Assembly: GCA_963729895.1 (NCBI GenBank)
Contig: CAVSQB010000005.1
Location: forward strand, 96,001 to 160,000
Length of the DNA: 64,000 bases
Direction of reading: 5' to 3'
Origin: an uncultured Fibrobacterota bacterium
GTDB taxonomy: Bacteria; Fibrobacterota; Chitinivibrionia; Chitinivibrionales; FEN-1185
Part shown: piece after piece, positions 18,212 through 30,900 of the stretch
Position numbering within the stretch: the first letter of the stretch is position 1
Layout of the letters: the number at the start of each line of letters is the position of its first letter
The notes under the pieces: generated by a model
Seen by the model: the letters and a program-made list of their open reading frames with translations, nothing else
What the model was told of the DNA's origin: nothing
The model's database searches: none
Program-made: the position numbers and the translations under genes

Positions 18212-18898
18212 CTACAAAAAGGATTTAGGAGAAAATTTTGTATGAACGCCGATCCGGTTGCAGTGCCTGACAAGAGGGCAGCTGTCGCAGCGCGGGTTTA
18301 CAGGAAGGCACCGGTGCTGGCCGAACGATACGAGATACGAGTTGATCGTGAGCCACATGCGCCCGGGCAGGATGCCACGGAGCTTCATTTCGGTCTCAAA
18401 CGGGGTTTTTGTGTTTGTGTACCCCAGCCTGTTGCAAATCCGGTGAACATGCACGTCAACGCAAATGGCGGGTTTACCAAATGCGACAGCAACCACCAGG
18501 TTGGCCGTTTTCCGCCCCACGCCCGGCAGTTGAACGAGTTCGTCAACGGTGCTCGGGATTACGCCGTGGAACAATGCATGCAGCGCTGCGGGCAATTGCT
18601 TCAAATGCTTTGCCTTGGTCCTGTAGAATCCAACCGGAAAAATGAGTTTCTCCAGGCGTGACCGGGATAAGGCATCCAGGTCGTCAAGATTCCGTATCAC
18701 GGAAAACAATTTGCGGGACGCCGCTGCCGTGACATCGTCTTTCGTCCGGGCGCTGAGGATTGTGGTTACGAGTACCTTGAAGGGGTCTTTTGTCTGCAAT
18801 TCGATGAGGTCGACGACGGGCATGCGGTGCAGCGCGAATTCCTTCTTGAGTACCGAGTAGACCGAGCCGATGTCGACGGGCCTGATGTTCTTAGGCAT
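18212..18898 (-). CDS. nth: Endonuclease III
   Basis: ILSARTKD, HhH LPGVGRKTA, VDVHVHR, C-x6-C-x2-C-x5-C Fe-S motif. Confidence 0.95.
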   Translation of the reverse strand: MPKNIRPVDIGSVYSVLKKEFALHRMPVVDLIELQTKDPFKVLVTTILSARTKDDVTAAASRKLFSVIRNLDDLDALSRSRLEKLIFPVGFYRTKAKHLKQLPAALHALFHGVIPSTVDELVQLPGVGRKTANLVVAVAFGKPAICVDVHVHRICNRLGYTNTKTPFETEMKLRGILPGRMWLTINSYLVSFGQHRCLPVNPRCDSCPLVRHCNRIGVHTKFSPKSFL

Positions 18899-18916
18899 GA
18901 ACCGCGCGCTCGCCTG

Positions 18917-19852
18917 TTACGGCCGCGCCGATGTGGGGGATCTTTGCGCATCGATTCCGGCGATGATGCCGGAGAGGCCACGGGCATAACCGCTGTCCGG
19001 GTACCTGGACACAAAGGGAACTCTGTTGATTTCACCATTGTTCATGGCGGCCTCGTAGGGAAGCGTGCCGAGCACCTCCATGGAAAGGGCGAGATCTTGC
19101 TTGATGATGCGGGCGAATTTCTCTGCCGCCTCGTTCTGGCCGGCGTCCTTGACGGAATTGACCACGATGAACATTTTGCATACGTCTTCGAGGAAGAGCT
19201 GGCGATAAGCACTGATCTTGCCGGGCGCCTTTTCTTCGAGTTTGGCAAGAAGATCCGTGAAAGACACGGTTTTCCCCCCGCTTTCCGTATCCACTGCGCT
19301 TCGGATGAACGCCGTTATTTCCTTATCGTGGTAGAACCTGCGCAACAGACCGCGTACAAGGAGATTCTTTATGAAGAAGAACGCGTTTTCGAGTGTGGCC
19401 GGCAGGGGGTCAACGAGAATGATGCCGAGGGGAGCAAGCGAGAAGAAATCAGTGGCGCGCTGGTGCGTCCCGGTGGCGATGTCGAAAATAATCGTGTCGG
19501 CCTTGAGTTTCTGAATTGCCCTCAAAAGCCGCTGGCGCTCGGTATAATTTGGGGAAGCAAGGGAAAGGATGTCGCTCGCCGAGCTCAGAAGCTTCAGGTT
19601 GGGGTAGGCCGTCTCGACAAGGGTTGTGGAGAGATCGGGCCGGCGGTTGTTAAGAAAATCGTCGAGAGACCTGTCCGGATGTCGAATGCCCAGAAGGGTG
19701 TGCAAGTTGGCGGTCCCGATATCCGCGTCGATCACCACGGCGCTCCTGCCTTGTGTCGCAAGGGAAACACCCAGGTTGGCGACAAAGGTGCTTTTTCCTA
19801 TTCCGCCTTTTCCTCCGCCCACTGCAATGACAATCTTGTCGCCCCAGTACAT
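18917..19852 (-). CDS. MinD/FlhG/ParA-family ATPase
   Basis: Deviant Walker A GGKGGIGKST; IDADIGTANLH. Confidence 0.9.
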   Translation of the reverse strand: MYWGDKIVIAVGGGKGGIGKSTFVANLGVSLATQGRSAVVIDADIGTANLHTLLGIRHPDRSLDDFLNNRRPDLSTTLVETAYPNLKLLSSASDILSLASPNYTERQRLLRAIQKLKADTIIFDIATGTHQRATDFFSLAPLGIILVDPLPATLENAFFFIKNLLVRGLLRRFYHDKEITAFIRSAVDTESGGKTVSFTDLLAKLEEKAPGKISAYRQLFLEDVCKMFIVVNSVKDAGQNEAAEKFARIIKQDLALSMEVLGTLPYEAAMNNGEINRVPFVSRYPDSGYARGLSGIIAGIDAQRSPTSARP

Positions 19853-20160
19853 ACCTAATCCTGAAAGTAAAACTAAACGCCTGTGAAACCGGTGAACTCC
19901 ATGCACTTCCCATGGACGTGAAGGCCATACCAAACAGTAAAAAGATACTTTCTGTTTGTCTCACAAGGACGTAAATTCTGACGCACGAAAGCGGTGCCCG
20001 GGACCGGGGACCGCTCAGCCGCACGAGCGTTTTTGTTCGGGAAAAGCGGTTTAGGGCAGATGAAGAAACCGGAACGGAAATCGTTGGTGCGTGCTCGGCA
20101 GGTTTTGGGCCTTGGAACCCGGCACGGAATAGGAAACAAGAGTGTGCCGTCAAACGGCAC

Positions 20161-20883
20161 TCAATCAGCGCCCACCGCTTTGAACGGGGAATTTTCATCT
20201 TGCATGATGATATCGCGGCAGTGGGGTCCGCAATTGAAAATCAGGTCTATGGCGGAAAGGTCGGGAACAAAATCGCGGGGACCGGTGGACCAGTGCTGGG
20301 GATAGACCGGACATTTGAATTCCTGAAACGTGACGCTTATTCCCGCTTCTTTCATGAGGGAAACGTCCAGGTAATCGCGGCCGTCCGCGTCGGCCAGGTA
20401 GGCGGTTGCCTTGAAATGTTTGCAAATGTTAACCAGGCGCTCCGTGGACTCGCCCTTGAACCCGTAGTCGGACGAGATGACCGTTTCCGTGGTTATTCCC
20501 ATAATGCCCGCAAGCAGGCGCACCGAATCGATGTTGATCCTGTCTATTTTGCTTGCCAGAGCGCAATAAAACTCGGCAAACATGGGAATGTATTTCTTGT
20601 AGAAAGGCGTCGTGCCGTAGCATGCGTCAAGCGAATGCAGGTGATTCTTCTGCCAGTTTCGCGTAAAATCAACCTGAACTTCGTTGAGCTTTTGCGGAAA
20701 CTTGTAGGTTGTCGGCACCGACAACCATTGCCATGATTTCGCGTTCCGGATGCGGTTCCGGTTTTGCCACTCATTCTTCTCGAACTGAACGTCGTTGAGA
20801 AACACGAACAGGTCCGCGCTGGCCATTGTGTGGAAATACCCGGGCCCCGGCATGTAGTGCGGCTGATGGACGGCGAGTTTCAT
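20161..20883 (-). CDS. WbqC-like family protein
   Basis: VHQPHYMP..GYF, DVQF..WQNRNRI, YPQ..FVPDLSAIDLIFNCG. Confidence 0.9.
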   Translation of the reverse strand: MKLAVHQPHYMPGPGYFHTMASADLFVFLNDVQFEKNEWQNRNRIRNAKSWQWLSVPTTYKFPQKLNEVQVDFTRNWQKNHLHSLDACYGTTPFYKKYIPMFAEFYCALASKIDRINIDSVRLLAGIMGITTETVISSDYGFKGESTERLVNICKHFKATAYLADADGRDYLDVSLMKEAGISVTFQEFKCPVYPQHWSTGPRDFVPDLSAIDLIFNCGPHCRDIIMQDENSPFKAVGAD

Positions 20884-21221
20884 GCTTCCATTCCTCCGGT
20901 GTATTCCTGTAAACTGGGGCAACACCCTTGCTCTAAAATATATCAAATGCTTCGGCTTATTGCGACTCGAGTGCATGTCCGCCGGGTCTCAGGTGAGGGC
21001 TCACGCGCCCCCGGATTATTGACAACCCCGAGGAGAAGAAGGTAGTTTCGAATGCTGTGACAGAAATGGTTCACCGGATCAAACGGGCAAGGATTCCGGC
21101 CTGGGTGCAGGGCAAACCGCAGACTGCGCGGACAATCATCGGGAGACGCCGTTGGACCAACTCATGTATGCACGGGCCGGGGAAAACAAGGTATGTGTGC
21201 GTACCACGCCTAAGGACCGCC

Positions 21222-22283
21222 ATGGATCCAAACAGCCGGATTGACTACGCGGACGCACTACGGGCGTTTGCCATAACCTCCGTCGTCTTTCTGCACGTCG
21301 CCTCACCAATCGCCCAGAGCCCCGGTACTTTCCCGGCGGCCTGGTGGTGGATCGCAAACGTTGTGTATTCCTGCGCAAGGCCGAGCATCGCCCTGTTTGT
21401 CATGGTGAGCGGCCTTCTGCTTCTGTCGCCATCCAAAGAAGAGGGCATTGGTTTCTTCTTGCGCAGGCGTTTTGTAAAGATTGCGGTTCCGTTCATCGGA
21501 TGGGGAATAATCTATTTCTTCTGGAAGACGCACGTGCAGGTTTCACCCCGGGGATTTGTGCGGCTGGCCCGGGAGTTTGTTGAAGGTCCGGTGTATTATC
21601 ATCTGTGGTTCATTTACACCATAGCCGGAATCTATCTGGCCACCCCGGTGTTTCGCGTCTATGTCAAGAGCGCGTCACGGTCGAACCAGGCATACCTGCT
21701 GATACTTTGGATAATCGGCACGTCGGTGTATCCGGTGATCCGGCATTTCAGCGGAATAAACGTTGGAATTCCCATACTGGTTGCCGGGGGATTTCTGGGA
21801 GCGTTTCTGCTCGGAAACTTTTTGCGGCCCTTCCAGGCCGGGGCCAGGAGCGGACGGTGGCTGGGCCTGCTCGCCGCCCTGTGCCTTGGGTTCACCGCCG
21901 TTTCGGAGTATTTCCTTTCATCGCGGCTTTTGGGGCATTATGACGGGACGTTCGAAGATTTCCTGAGTCCGAACGTGGTGGCGGCTGCAGCATGTATTTT
22001 CCTGATTGTCAAGTCATTGCCGTGGGAAACCTTGCGGCGGCGCGTTCCGGTGCTCAACAAGATCATGGCGGCGGTGAGCGGGGCCAGCTTCAGCATTTAT
22101 CTCATGCACATTCTTGTGCTTGAGATCCTCAAGGGGCACGTGCCGGGTGTTGTGATTGACGGATGCTTTATCCATCCGGTTGTTGGGATTCCGGTCACGG
22201 CGGTGGGCACCATTGCGGTGTGCGTTTTTGTGACGCTGGTGATGCGAAGGGTGCCCGTTGCGAGGCACATGTTCCCGTCCTGA
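21222..22283 (+). CDS. Acyltransferase-3 family membrane O-acetyltransferase
   Basis: DALRAFA...VVFLH, LFVMVSG, YHLWFIY, SFSIYLMH; multi-TM. Confidence 0.9.
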   Translation: MDPNSRIDYADALRAFAITSVVFLHVASPIAQSPGTFPAAWWWIANVVYSCARPSIALFVMVSGLLLLSPSKEEGIGFFLRRRFVKIAVPFIGWGIIYFFWKTHVQVSPRGFVRLAREFVEGPVYYHLWFIYTIAGIYLATPVFRVYVKSASRSNQAYLLILWIIGTSVYPVIRHFSGINVGIPILVAGGFLGAFLLGNFLRPFQAGARSGRWLGLLAALCLGFTAVSEYFLSSRLLGHYDGTFEDFLSPNVVAAAACIFLIVKSLPWETLRRRVPVLNKIMAAVSGASFSIYLMHILVLEILKGHVPGVVIDGCFIHPVVGIPVTAVGTIAVCVFVTLVMRRVPVARHMFPS

Positions 22284-22356
22284 ACCCCGTCTTGAACATC
22301 GTGCGGTTTCGCTCTCCAGTGCGGATGTACGCTCCCGGAGAGCAGAGCAAGGAATG

Positions 22357-23484
22357 TCAGGGCTTCCTGGGCGGCAAAGAAGTTCCGATTATGAATTCGA
22401 GGCGTATTTCCACGGTGTTGGAAAAAGAAGACAACGTGTTGCCCGGATCGGAGGCCAACGGGTTTATGTCCCTGTTCTGCAACAGGCGGCCGTTCTCCCG
22501 AAAGAAACCCAGATATCGCCCCACGTACGAAATGGAAACGTCCATGCCGGAGTTTTGCGAAAGACCTTTAGCCGTCGAAATGCCGACCCTCCATGCTCCC
22601 CCGAAACCCCAGGCACGGAGATTCTTGATGGCGCCCAGGGCCGGGCTCACGACTGAATCTGCTATTCCCGACGAGTTGATTGCCGTTACCCGGTAGAGAT
22701 AGGACAAGGGAAGTGCGTAAACGCCCATGAGAAACGAAGTACGGTCGGAACCTTCTATCCGGAAGTACCTGTCGTTAAGGGCATGCCTGTACAAAACTCC
22801 CACGGAGAAGGTGGATGAACTCAGAGTCTGGCTGTAGTCGACTTTTCCCGAAAGCGTATCGTGCTGCAGGGTAGCCTGGAGCGTTTTGCCGATATAGCAG
22901 AAGGCCGCTTCGAACCCGACTGAACTTCGACGGTAGACAAAAGGCGTGTACGAAACGGAAATAGGGAAGAGGACGTTGTAGGAATTGGCAGGCTCCGTGA
23001 CGGAAAAGCCGAGCGTATCCGGATTGTTGGGCAGGATGTTGCCTACCGAGTCCGGAAGGGTATTCTGCCAGCTCGAAAAGATATCGTAAGAACCGAGCGC
23101 CCAGCCGATGCCGAAACTGACAAATGGTGTTTTTAGAAAGCGGCTTGCGGTGTCCTGAGGCGGAATCGCCGGCTTTTGCAATGGCGAGCGTTTGGCCGAG
23201 GTATCAGAAAGAACATGGTGTGCAGCTTTGGTTGCGGAATCGGAGGTTTGCGAGGCGGCGGGAACAACGGAGGTATCCGGGTTCGCGAGTGCGGACAAGG
23301 TCCTTTGAGAGGCGTCAGATGATTGCGCGGCTGCAGCGGGCTTCACGGATTTCCCTTGTGTGGTGTCTTGTCCTGCGGGGAAGCCATGCAATGCGAAGAG
23401 GACTATCATTGCACCTGCGGCCGCAAAGGTCCGTTTTTTTTGGCTGGTCAAAAAACACCGCGGGAAATGGTCGGGTTGCGTCAT
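22357..23484 (-). CDS. Hypothetical exported protein, probable beta-barrel C-terminal domain
   Basis: ATGA-coupled to the tsaB stop; hydrophobic leader, Ser/Ala linker, beta-strand-rich domain. Confidence 0.65.
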   Translation of the reverse strand: MTQPDHFPRCFLTSQKKRTFAAAGAMIVLFALHGFPAGQDTTQGKSVKPAAAAQSSDASQRTLSALANPDTSVVPAASQTSDSATKAAHHVLSDTSAKRSPLQKPAIPPQDTASRFLKTPFVSFGIGWALGSYDIFSSWQNTLPDSVGNILPNNPDTLGFSVTEPANSYNVLFPISVSYTPFVYRRSSVGFEAAFCYIGKTLQATLQHDTLSGKVDYSQTLSSSTFSVGVLYRHALNDRYFRIEGSDRTSFLMGVYALPLSYLYRVTAINSSGIADSVVSPALGAIKNLRAWGFGGAWRVGISTAKGLSQNSGMDVSISYVGRYLGFFRENGRLLQNRDINPLASDPGNTLSSFSNTVEIRLEFIIGTSLPPRKP

Positions 23485-24182
23485 CCAGCCTGCCCCGTTC
23501 GTTTTTTTTCCGCCGAAACTGCATGAAGATACCGGGGAAGTACACGGTCTGCGGTTGTCCACCCCGCGGCGTCGCCAATCCGTTTGGCCGCAATCATTGC
23601 GCACGACAGACCTCGTTGCAAAGGACACCGTTCTACGGAAAATGCGTTAGGCCTTTCCTTGAGAAAAGCAAAGGCACGGCTCTTGCCGTACCCGAGAGTA
23701 TCGGTGATCACGACATCGCCGGCGTCAAGCGCATTCCTGAATTCATCTTCGGGAGCAAGCGCGTCCGGGGACAGGCGCGAAATCGTATCGTCCGTCCTTT
23801 CGAACCTGGCCCAGAACACTTCGCCGTTTCGTGCGTCCGAAGCGCACACGATGCGCGCCCGGCGTGCGTTCCACGAACCGGCCATGCTTTCCAGAGAGGA
23901 AACGGGAAACACCCGGGCGTCGCGGCCGAAGAAGAAACCCTTGAGAAACGCGATCCCTATCCGCAGGCCGGTAAACGAACCCGGACCCACCGCGATTCCC
24001 GCACAAACGATGTCATCCGCTTTCGCCGCATTGGCGCCCAAGAGATAGTCGATGCTTTGCGCAATATGCTCGGCATGCGAATGGCGAAGGTACCGCGATA
24101 CGGCCATCACCGGCTGGTCCTTCAGCGCCAGTCCCACGCCAAGTTCAACCGAGGAGGTATCTATGCCGAGGACGTAGTCCAT
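23481..24182 (-). CDS. tsaB: tRNA t6A37 biosynthesis protein TsaB
   Basis: LGIDTS, HAEH, GPGSFTGLRIG, DARNGEVF. Confidence 0.95.
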   Translation of the reverse strand: MDYVLGIDTSSVELGVGLALKDQPVMAVSRYLRHSHAEHIAQSIDYLLGANAAKADDIVCAGIAVGPGSFTGLRIGIAFLKGFFFGRDARVFPVSSLESMAGSWNARRARIVCASDARNGEVFWARFERTDDTISRLSPDALAPEDEFRNALDAGDVVITDTLGYGKSRAFAFLKERPNAFSVERCPLQRGLSCAMIAAKRIGDAAGWTTADRVLPRYLHAVSAEKKRTGQAG

Positions 24183-24243
24183 GAGAATCCTCGTGGTAGC
24201 AAAAACGTTTCAAGGCGGTCCGGCTCTCTCATGAAAATCCCGG

Positions 24244-25287
24244 TCAGGGCGTGATCGGGTTTTTGAGGGCGACTTTTATCATTATGTCAATGAGCTCCTT
24301 GTACGAACCGCCGGCGGCTTTGAAGGATTTCGGGAGGAGTGAATTGGCGGTAAGGCCCGGGAGCGAATTTATCTCGAGCACGTAGAGCGTTTCGTCGTTG
24401 CCCAGAATCATGTCGGTGCGTGAAACGCCGCGGCAGCCGAGCAGCCGGTGGCATCTGAGCGCCAGGTCGCGGATCTGATCCAGCAGGTGTTTGCTTCTCG
24501 GCGCGGGAACGATCTCCTGCGAACCGCCGTCCTCGTATTTCGACTTGAAATTGAAGTAGTTGCCCTTGACGGGACGGATTTCTACCGGCGGAAGGGCCTC
24601 CACGGAACCGTCGGGCTTTTCGAGAACCGCGCAGGTGAATTCGGGCCCTTTGATACCCTTTTCGACGAGGATTTCCCCGGTGTACTGGAGATATTCCTCG
24701 AGTTTAGTGCCCAGACCAGCGCCGCAATCCACGCGCGTCATGAGCCTGCTCGATCCGGATTGCGGGCACTTGACAAACATGGGATAGCCGAACTTGTCCG
24801 CCAGAAATTTCCAAGTCACTTCGGGGTGGTCTTTTCCGGCTACGGAAAACGGCGGGGTTTTTATGCCGTTTTGTTCAAAAATGAATTTGGTTGCTATCTT
24901 GTTCATTGCAACGGCGCTTGCGAACACGCCGGATCCTGTGTAGGGGATCATCAGGGTGTCGAGAAATCCCTGCAGAAGGCCGTCTTCGCCGAAGGAGCCA
25001 TGAACGGCCAGAAAGGCGACATCGCATTTCTTCCACACCTCTTCAGAAGAGTACGGCTTGAACGGACCCTTGAAGATTTTGTGCTTGCCGGGCTCTGCGC
25101 ATTCGTCCACCGTGGGGATCCGTTTCCGGATGTCGCAGTAATAAAATTCCTGATTGACAGTGACGAGGACGGCGCGGGCGCCATAGCGCCTGCGGTCAAT
25201 GCGCTTGAGCACTTCTATCCCCGAAAGCAGTGATATCTCGGCCTCGGCCGACGGGCCGCCCATGATGACATTTACGCGGATGGACAT
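24244..25287 (-). CDS. ddl: D-alanine--D-alanine ligase
   Basis: [38 protein letters not shown]. Confidence 0.95.
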   Translation of the reverse strand: MSIRVNVIMGGPSAEAEISLLSGIEVLKRIDRRRYGARAVLVTVNQEFYYCDIRKRIPTVDECAEPGKHKIFKGPFKPYSSEEVWKKCDVAFLAVHGSFGEDGLLQGFLDTLMIPYTGSGVFASAVAMNKIATKFIFEQNGIKTPPFSVAGKDHPEVTWKFLADKFGYPMFVKCPQSGSSRLMTRVDCGAGLGTKLEEYLQYTGEILVEKGIKGPEFTCAVLEKPDGSVEALPPVEIRPVKGNYFNFKSKYEDGGSQEIVPAPRSKHLLDQIRDLALRCHRLLGCRGVSRTDMILGNDETLYVLEINSLPGLTANSLLPKSFKAAGGSYKELIDIMIKVALKNPITP

Positions 25288-26609
25288 AGGTTTGCATCCC
25301 TTATCTTCTTGCTGATGACTTCAACCGACTGGGTCGCCGCAATGCGGTACTGCTGCCGTGAATCCCGTTCTCTCACGGTCACGGTGTCGTCCTGGATCGA
25401 CTGGCCGTCCACGGTGATGCAATAGGGCGTGCCTGCCTCGTCCTGGCGCGCATACCTGCGGCCGATGGACGAATTGAGGTCGAAAAACGAGTGTACCGAA
25501 TTGTCGAGCAGGTCACGGTATATTTTTTCCGCCTTCTCGGGCATCCCTTCTCTCTTAACAAGAGGCAACACGGCGGCTTTGATCGGCGCAAGGCTCGGGT
25601 GAAAATGCAGCACGGTGCGCGCGGCGTCGCCGTCGCCCTCGACATCGTACGCGTCAACAAGGAAGGCGAGCGTGGCGCGGTCGGCGCCTGCCGCGGGTTC
25701 GATGACAAAGGGAAACATGTGCTGTTTTGTTTCCTCGTTGAAAAAGGCGAGGCTCCTGCCGCTCGCGCTGGAATGCTGCTTGAGGTCGAAATCGGTGCGG
25801 TTTGCAATGCCTTCGAGCTCGCTCCACCCGAAGGGAAATTTGTATTCCACGTCGGAACACGCTTTCGCGTAGTGCGCAAGCTCGTCCTTTTGGTGATCCC
25901 GCAGGCGAAGGTTGTCGGGCTTTATGCCCAGCGATTTGTACCACGCAAGCCGCGTGTCACGCCAGTACTCGAACCATTTCTGGTCTTCTTCCGGCGGGAC
26001 GAAGAATTCCATTTCCATCTGTTCGAACTCACGCGTCCGATAGGTAAAGTTTCCAGGCGTGATTTCGTTGCGAAAACTCTTGCCGACCTGCGCTATGCCG
26101 AAGGGCGGCTTGAGCCGGGCGGCCTGCTGGACATTAAGGAAATTAACGAAAATGCCCTGGGCGGTTTCGGGCCGCAGGTAGACCATGGCGGATGAGTCTT
26201 CCACCGGACCCATGAACGTCTTGAACATCAGGTTGAACTTCCTGATTTCGGTGAGCTCTCCGCCGCACTTGGGACATTTCTTGAGATCGGTAAGATGGTC
26301 GGCGCGGAACCGTTCCTTGCACGATTTGCAGTCCACGAGCGGGTCGGTAAAACCTGCAAGATGACCCGAGGCCTCCCAGACTTTTGGATGCATGAGGATC
26401 GCGGCATCCAGCCCCACGATATCGCGGCGGTTGGTGACCATCGCTTTCCACCACGCCTCTTTTACATTGCGTTTGAGTTCGACCCCGAGCGGGCCGTAGT
26501 CCCAGCAGCTTGTGAGCCCGCCGTATATTTCGCTCGATTGAAAGATAAAGCCGCGTCTCTTACACAATGACACCAGTATCGACATCAGATCTGGAGACTT
26601 AGGAGCCAT
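25272..26609 (-). CDS. glyQS: Glycine--tRNA ligase, alpha2 type
   Basis: [38 protein letters not shown]. Confidence 0.96.
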   Translation of the reverse strand: MAPKSPDLMSILVSLCKRRGFIFQSSEIYGGLTSCWDYGPLGVELKRNVKEAWWKAMVTNRRDIVGLDAAILMHPKVWEASGHLAGFTDPLVDCKSCKERFRADHLTDLKKCPKCGGELTEIRKFNLMFKTFMGPVEDSSAMVYLRPETAQGIFVNFLNVQQAARLKPPFGIAQVGKSFRNEITPGNFTYRTREFEQMEMEFFVPPEEDQKWFEYWRDTRLAWYKSLGIKPDNLRLRDHQKDELAHYAKACSDVEYKFPFGWSELEGIANRTDFDLKQHSSASGRSLAFFNEETKQHMFPFVIEPAAGADRATLAFLVDAYDVEGDGDAARTVLHFHPSLAPIKAAVLPLVKREGMPEKAEKIYRDLLDNSVHSFFDLNSSIGRRYARQDEAGTPYCITVDGQSIQDDTVTVRERDSRQQYRIAATQSVEVISKKIRDANLCPSA

Positions 26610-26644
26610 CAGGTAGTCCTTTATTGTGCGATTGTAACGTATTT

Positions 26645-27616
26645 TTACTTATATAAATATGGTCTCAAATTGTTGGCAATCCTGTTCCTGATCGGCAATG
26701 AACCATCTATTTCAAGATCCTTGCCGGTTATCATTTCGAAAAGTCTTATGTACCGATGTGAAAGTTCCACAACCAGGTCTTTTGGAGCAGCCGGCAGCAC
26801 CGGGTCTTTGTAGGGGTCACAATGTTCCTTGAACCATAAACGCAGGAACTCCTTGTCGATATTTTCCGGCTCTTGTTTGTTGTTGATTCTCTGCGCGTAG
26901 CTGTCTTTGAGCCAGTACCGTGAAGAATCCGGAGTATGGATTTCGTCAATGAGAAGGATGTTGCCTTCCTCATCCATGCCGATCTCATATTTCGTATCAA
27001 CAAGAATGAGGCCGTTTTGATCCGCTACGCGGGTGCCCCGATCAAATAATGCGAACACGATCTTTTCGAGTTTCTTCCAGGCGTTTTCATCAATGAGGCC
27101 GCGCGATACGATTCCCGCCGCTGAAATCGGTTCGTCGTGCTGGTCCGATTTTGTTGTCGGAGTTAGAATGGGCTTGTCGAATTTCTGGTTCTTTGTCATG
27201 CCTCCGGGAAGCACGTTTCCGCAGATGTTTCGCTCGCCCCTGGAATACAGGGTCCAGGCTGAAGTGTCCGTGGATCCGGTAAGATAGCCGCGCACCACGA
27301 ATTCCACGGGGAAAACTTTGCATTTCCTGGCAACAGTGACATTCGGATCGGGAATGTCGAGAACCGCATTTGCCACTATATCCCGTGTCTTGTCGAACCA
27401 GAATGAACTCACCTGGTTAAGGACCTGCCCCTTAAACGGTATCGAGGCAAGAATACGGTCGAATGCGCTCTGGCGGTCCGTGGTAATCAGGACCAGTTTG
27501 TCGCCAAGGTCGTAGGTATCCCTCACCTTGCCTTTCTTTCTGTTCGGGAGGTTGAGGAACGATGTATCGTCAAGGCAATTGTTCAGGTTTTCTTCAATAA
27601 ATTCTTTGGAAATCAT
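26645..27616 (-). CDS. purC: SAICAR synthase
   Basis: [43 protein letters not shown]. Confidence 0.96.
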   Translation of the reverse strand: MISKEFIEENLNNCLDDTSFLNLPNRKKGKVRDTYDLGDKLVLITTDRQSAFDRILASIPFKGQVLNQVSSFWFDKTRDIVANAVLDIPDPNVTVARKCKVFPVEFVVRGYLTGSTDTSAWTLYSRGERNICGNVLPGGMTKNQKFDKPILTPTTKSDQHDEPISAAGIVSRGLIDENAWKKLEKIVFALFDRGTRVADQNGLILVDTKYEIGMDEEGNILLIDEIHTPDSSRYWLKDSYAQRINNKQEPENIDKEFLRLWFKEHCDPYKDPVLPAAPKDLVVELSHRYIRLFEMITGKDLEIDGSLPIRNRIANNLRPYLYK

Positions 27617-27936
27617 GACTTGGTCCCGTAGGGATCCGCTTGGGGTGGAGATCATCGTAAAAGGAACATTCAAAATAGTTTATGTCGGCTGATGGGGTAA
27701 AGCAATGCGGGCACGCTGTGCGGTTTCCATCCGGTGAAGACCGGCCGAATGAGACCCACGCGCTTTGTATTTGTTCACACAATGGCAAACCATGTATCTT
27801 TGATGAGGCTCCCTGCATCGGCACGCTTCAGCATGCTTGTGGAACAAATCAATTGAACTCCGCCGTGACGGCACGAGGAGGGTACCATGGCGCAATGCGC
27901 CGAACCTCATTCGAGACGAAGTACGGAGCTTGAACC

Positions 27937-30900
27937 ATGAAGACGCTCGGCATCTGCTTTGGCGCCACGACCGTTCAATACGCTGTTGTGAAGGGTGATG
28001 CCGGATTCAAAGCAGTGGAACAATCGGGACGCGTGGTGCATGATGGCAACCCGGGGCGGGTGCTGCAGGACCTGCTTGGGGCTCTCGACTTGTTCGATAT
28101 CGACCGTGCAGCGGTCACGGGCCGTAGTTTCCGCGGGGCTGTCGAGCTCACAAGCATTTCCGAGCCCGAAGCAATCGAGAACGCTCTTTTCGAAGACTCA
28201 AAAGACAAGCAATTCCCCGACCTTGTGGTTTCCCTGGGCGGCGAAACCCAACTGGTGTATAAGATAGGAGAGAAAGGCGGCATTGTTTCGGTCCATTCCG
28301 GAAACAAGTGCGCTTCCGGGACCGGAGAGTTTTTTTTGCAGCAAATTCGCCGCATGGGGCTGACGCTCGAAGACGCCGTTACCCTTGCCGAAAGAGGAAC
28401 GCCGCACAGGATCGCAGGCCGCTGCAGCGTGTTCTGCAAGAGCGACTGCACGCATGCTCTTAACAAGGGCGAGCCAATCGAAAACATCGCGGCCGGTCTC
28501 TGCACCATGGTTGCCGACAAGATCACCGGCCTTATCAAGGACATGCCGTGCGAGAGGGTCATGCTCGTGGGCGGCGGCACCCTCAACAATGCAGTTGTGA
28601 AGATCCTGCGCACCCGGTTTGCGTCGCTTGACGTGCCTGATACCGCCTCGTTTTACGAGGCATACGGCGCGGCCCTGTGGGCTTTCGGGAACCGGTGCAG
28701 GAAGGTTCCCGGCGCCGGCCGCGACCTCGTGCGCGGAACAACCGTGTCGTTCGGGCATCACCAGCCGCTTGCGCTTTCTCAACACCTTGTCCAATTCAAG
28801 CAAGCCCCGCGCGGCGCGTTTGACAAAACGGCCGACTACGTCCTGGGTCTTGACGTGGGCTCAACAACCACAAAGGCCGTCCTGGTGCACAGGGAAACCA
28901 GGCGGATCGTTTCGTCGGTATACCTGCGGACAAACGGCAACCCGGTAGAGGCTTCGCGCGCGTGCTACTCGGCGATTCTTTCCGATCTCGGCGGCCACCC
29001 TCCCCGCATCGTCGGCCTCGGCGTAACAGGCTCCGGACGCCAGATTGCCGGTTTGCATGCGCTTACGTCGAACGTCATCAACGAAATCATAGCGCACGCG
29101 TCGGCCGCGGCCCATTTCGACAAGGATGTGGACACGATTTTCGAAATAGGCGGTCAGGACGCAAAGTATACCTTTCTTACCGCCGGAGTGCCTTCGGATT
29201 ATGCGATGAACGAGGCGTGCAGCGCCGGGACGGGATCGTTCCTCGAAGAATCCGCGCTTGAATCGCTCAACGTGAAGATGGAAGAAATCGGAGATCGTGC
29301 GCTTCTTGGAAGCGCGCCCCCGAATTTTACCGACCAGTGCGCCGCATTCATCTCAAGCGACATCAAGCTCGCCGGACAGCAGGGAATCGACAGAAACAAC
29401 ATTCTGGCGGGCCTGGTCTACTCCATTTGCCTCAACTATCTCAACCGCGTCAAAGGTTCGCGTCCGTCAGGAAAAAAAATATTCATGCAGGGCGGGGTCT
29501 GCTATAACAGGGCCGTGCCGGTTGCAATGGCGTCCTTGCTCAAGATGCCGATCGTCGTTCCACCCGAACCGGGTCTCATGGGCGCGCTCGGCGTTGCGCT
29601 CGAAGTGGACACCCGCCTGTCGCTCGGAATTTCTCCGGTCCAGCGTTTCAACCTTGCTGAACTTGCCGGCCGCGAAGCGGTAAAAGAAGGGACCTTCGCG
29701 TGCGCGGGCGGAAAGGAAAAATGCGACAGGAAATGCGAGATTTCCAGGATTCGCGTCAACGGGACAATCCACCCGTTCGGCGGGACATGCAACAGGTACT
29801 ACAACGTCAGGCTGAAACATGATGTTGACGCAGGGGAACTTGATCTCGTTGCGGTCCGGGAGAGGCTTCTGTTTGAAACCTACGGGGCTGCTTCCGCAAC
29901 CCCGGCGTCCGACGGTCGCCGCACCGTCGGACTGTGCCGTTCTTTTCTCACGCACTCCTTGTATCCTCTGTATTCGCATTTCTTCGCCGAAATGGGCTAT
30001 TCGGTGGTTTTGTCCGACGAGATCGATCCAAAGGGCATTTCGCGGATCGAATCTGCCTATTGCCTGCCCGGGGAAATCACGCACGGAAGTTTCCTCAACC
30101 TGCTTGCAAAAGACCTCGATTACATCTTTCTCCCGCATGTCATGCAGGTGCCGGTACATAATGTGCCCACGTACAGCAGGCTGTGCGTGTTTGTCCAGGG
30201 AGAACCGTATTACCTCAAAACGACGTTCCGCAAGGAGATTGACAATTCGCCGACCGTGGTGCTTTCGCCCGTCCTGGTGATGGACAGAGAGTACGAGCAA
30301 GCCGGGGCCCCGCTCCGCGCCATGGCGGCAAAGATGGGCATTACCGGGTCAGTTGCCGCAAGGGCCTTCGAAAAAGCCTGCCGCATGCAGCGCTCCTTCG
30401 AAAGGAAATTGCGCGGAGTGGGCCTTGAAGCGTTGTCGTGGCTGGATTCGCATCCGGAAACATTCGGCATTGTCCTGTTCGGCAGGCCCTATAATGCGTT
30501 CTCGCCGGACGCGAACATGGGGATTCCGCACAAGACCGCGTCGAGGGGCTATCTGGTCATCCCGCACGACATGCTGCCGTCCGATCATCATGAGGTGGAC
30601 GGGCAGATGTTCTGGGCCATGGGACAAAAGATCATGAAATCCGCGCGGCTCGTGAGGGACCACAACCGTCTTTTCGGGTTCTACGTTACAAACTTCTCGT
30701 GCGGTCCGGATTCCTTCCTGCTCACGTATTTTCGCAACCTCATGGCCGCGAAACCTTCGCTCACCCTGGAGCTCGACCAGCACACTGCCGACGCGGGAAT
30801 AGACACGCGCATCGAAGCGGCTCTTGACATAATGAGAACCTACCGCTGTGCTCCGAAAGCGGACGGACTGGCCCGGGGCGACGAATTCAGGCCGGCGCGC

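Noticed and set aside
21105..21170. c-di-GMP-I riboswitch (AGGGCAAACC...)
   Set aside because: Lacks the GNRA loop, the GACGCAAAG segment and a P3 stem
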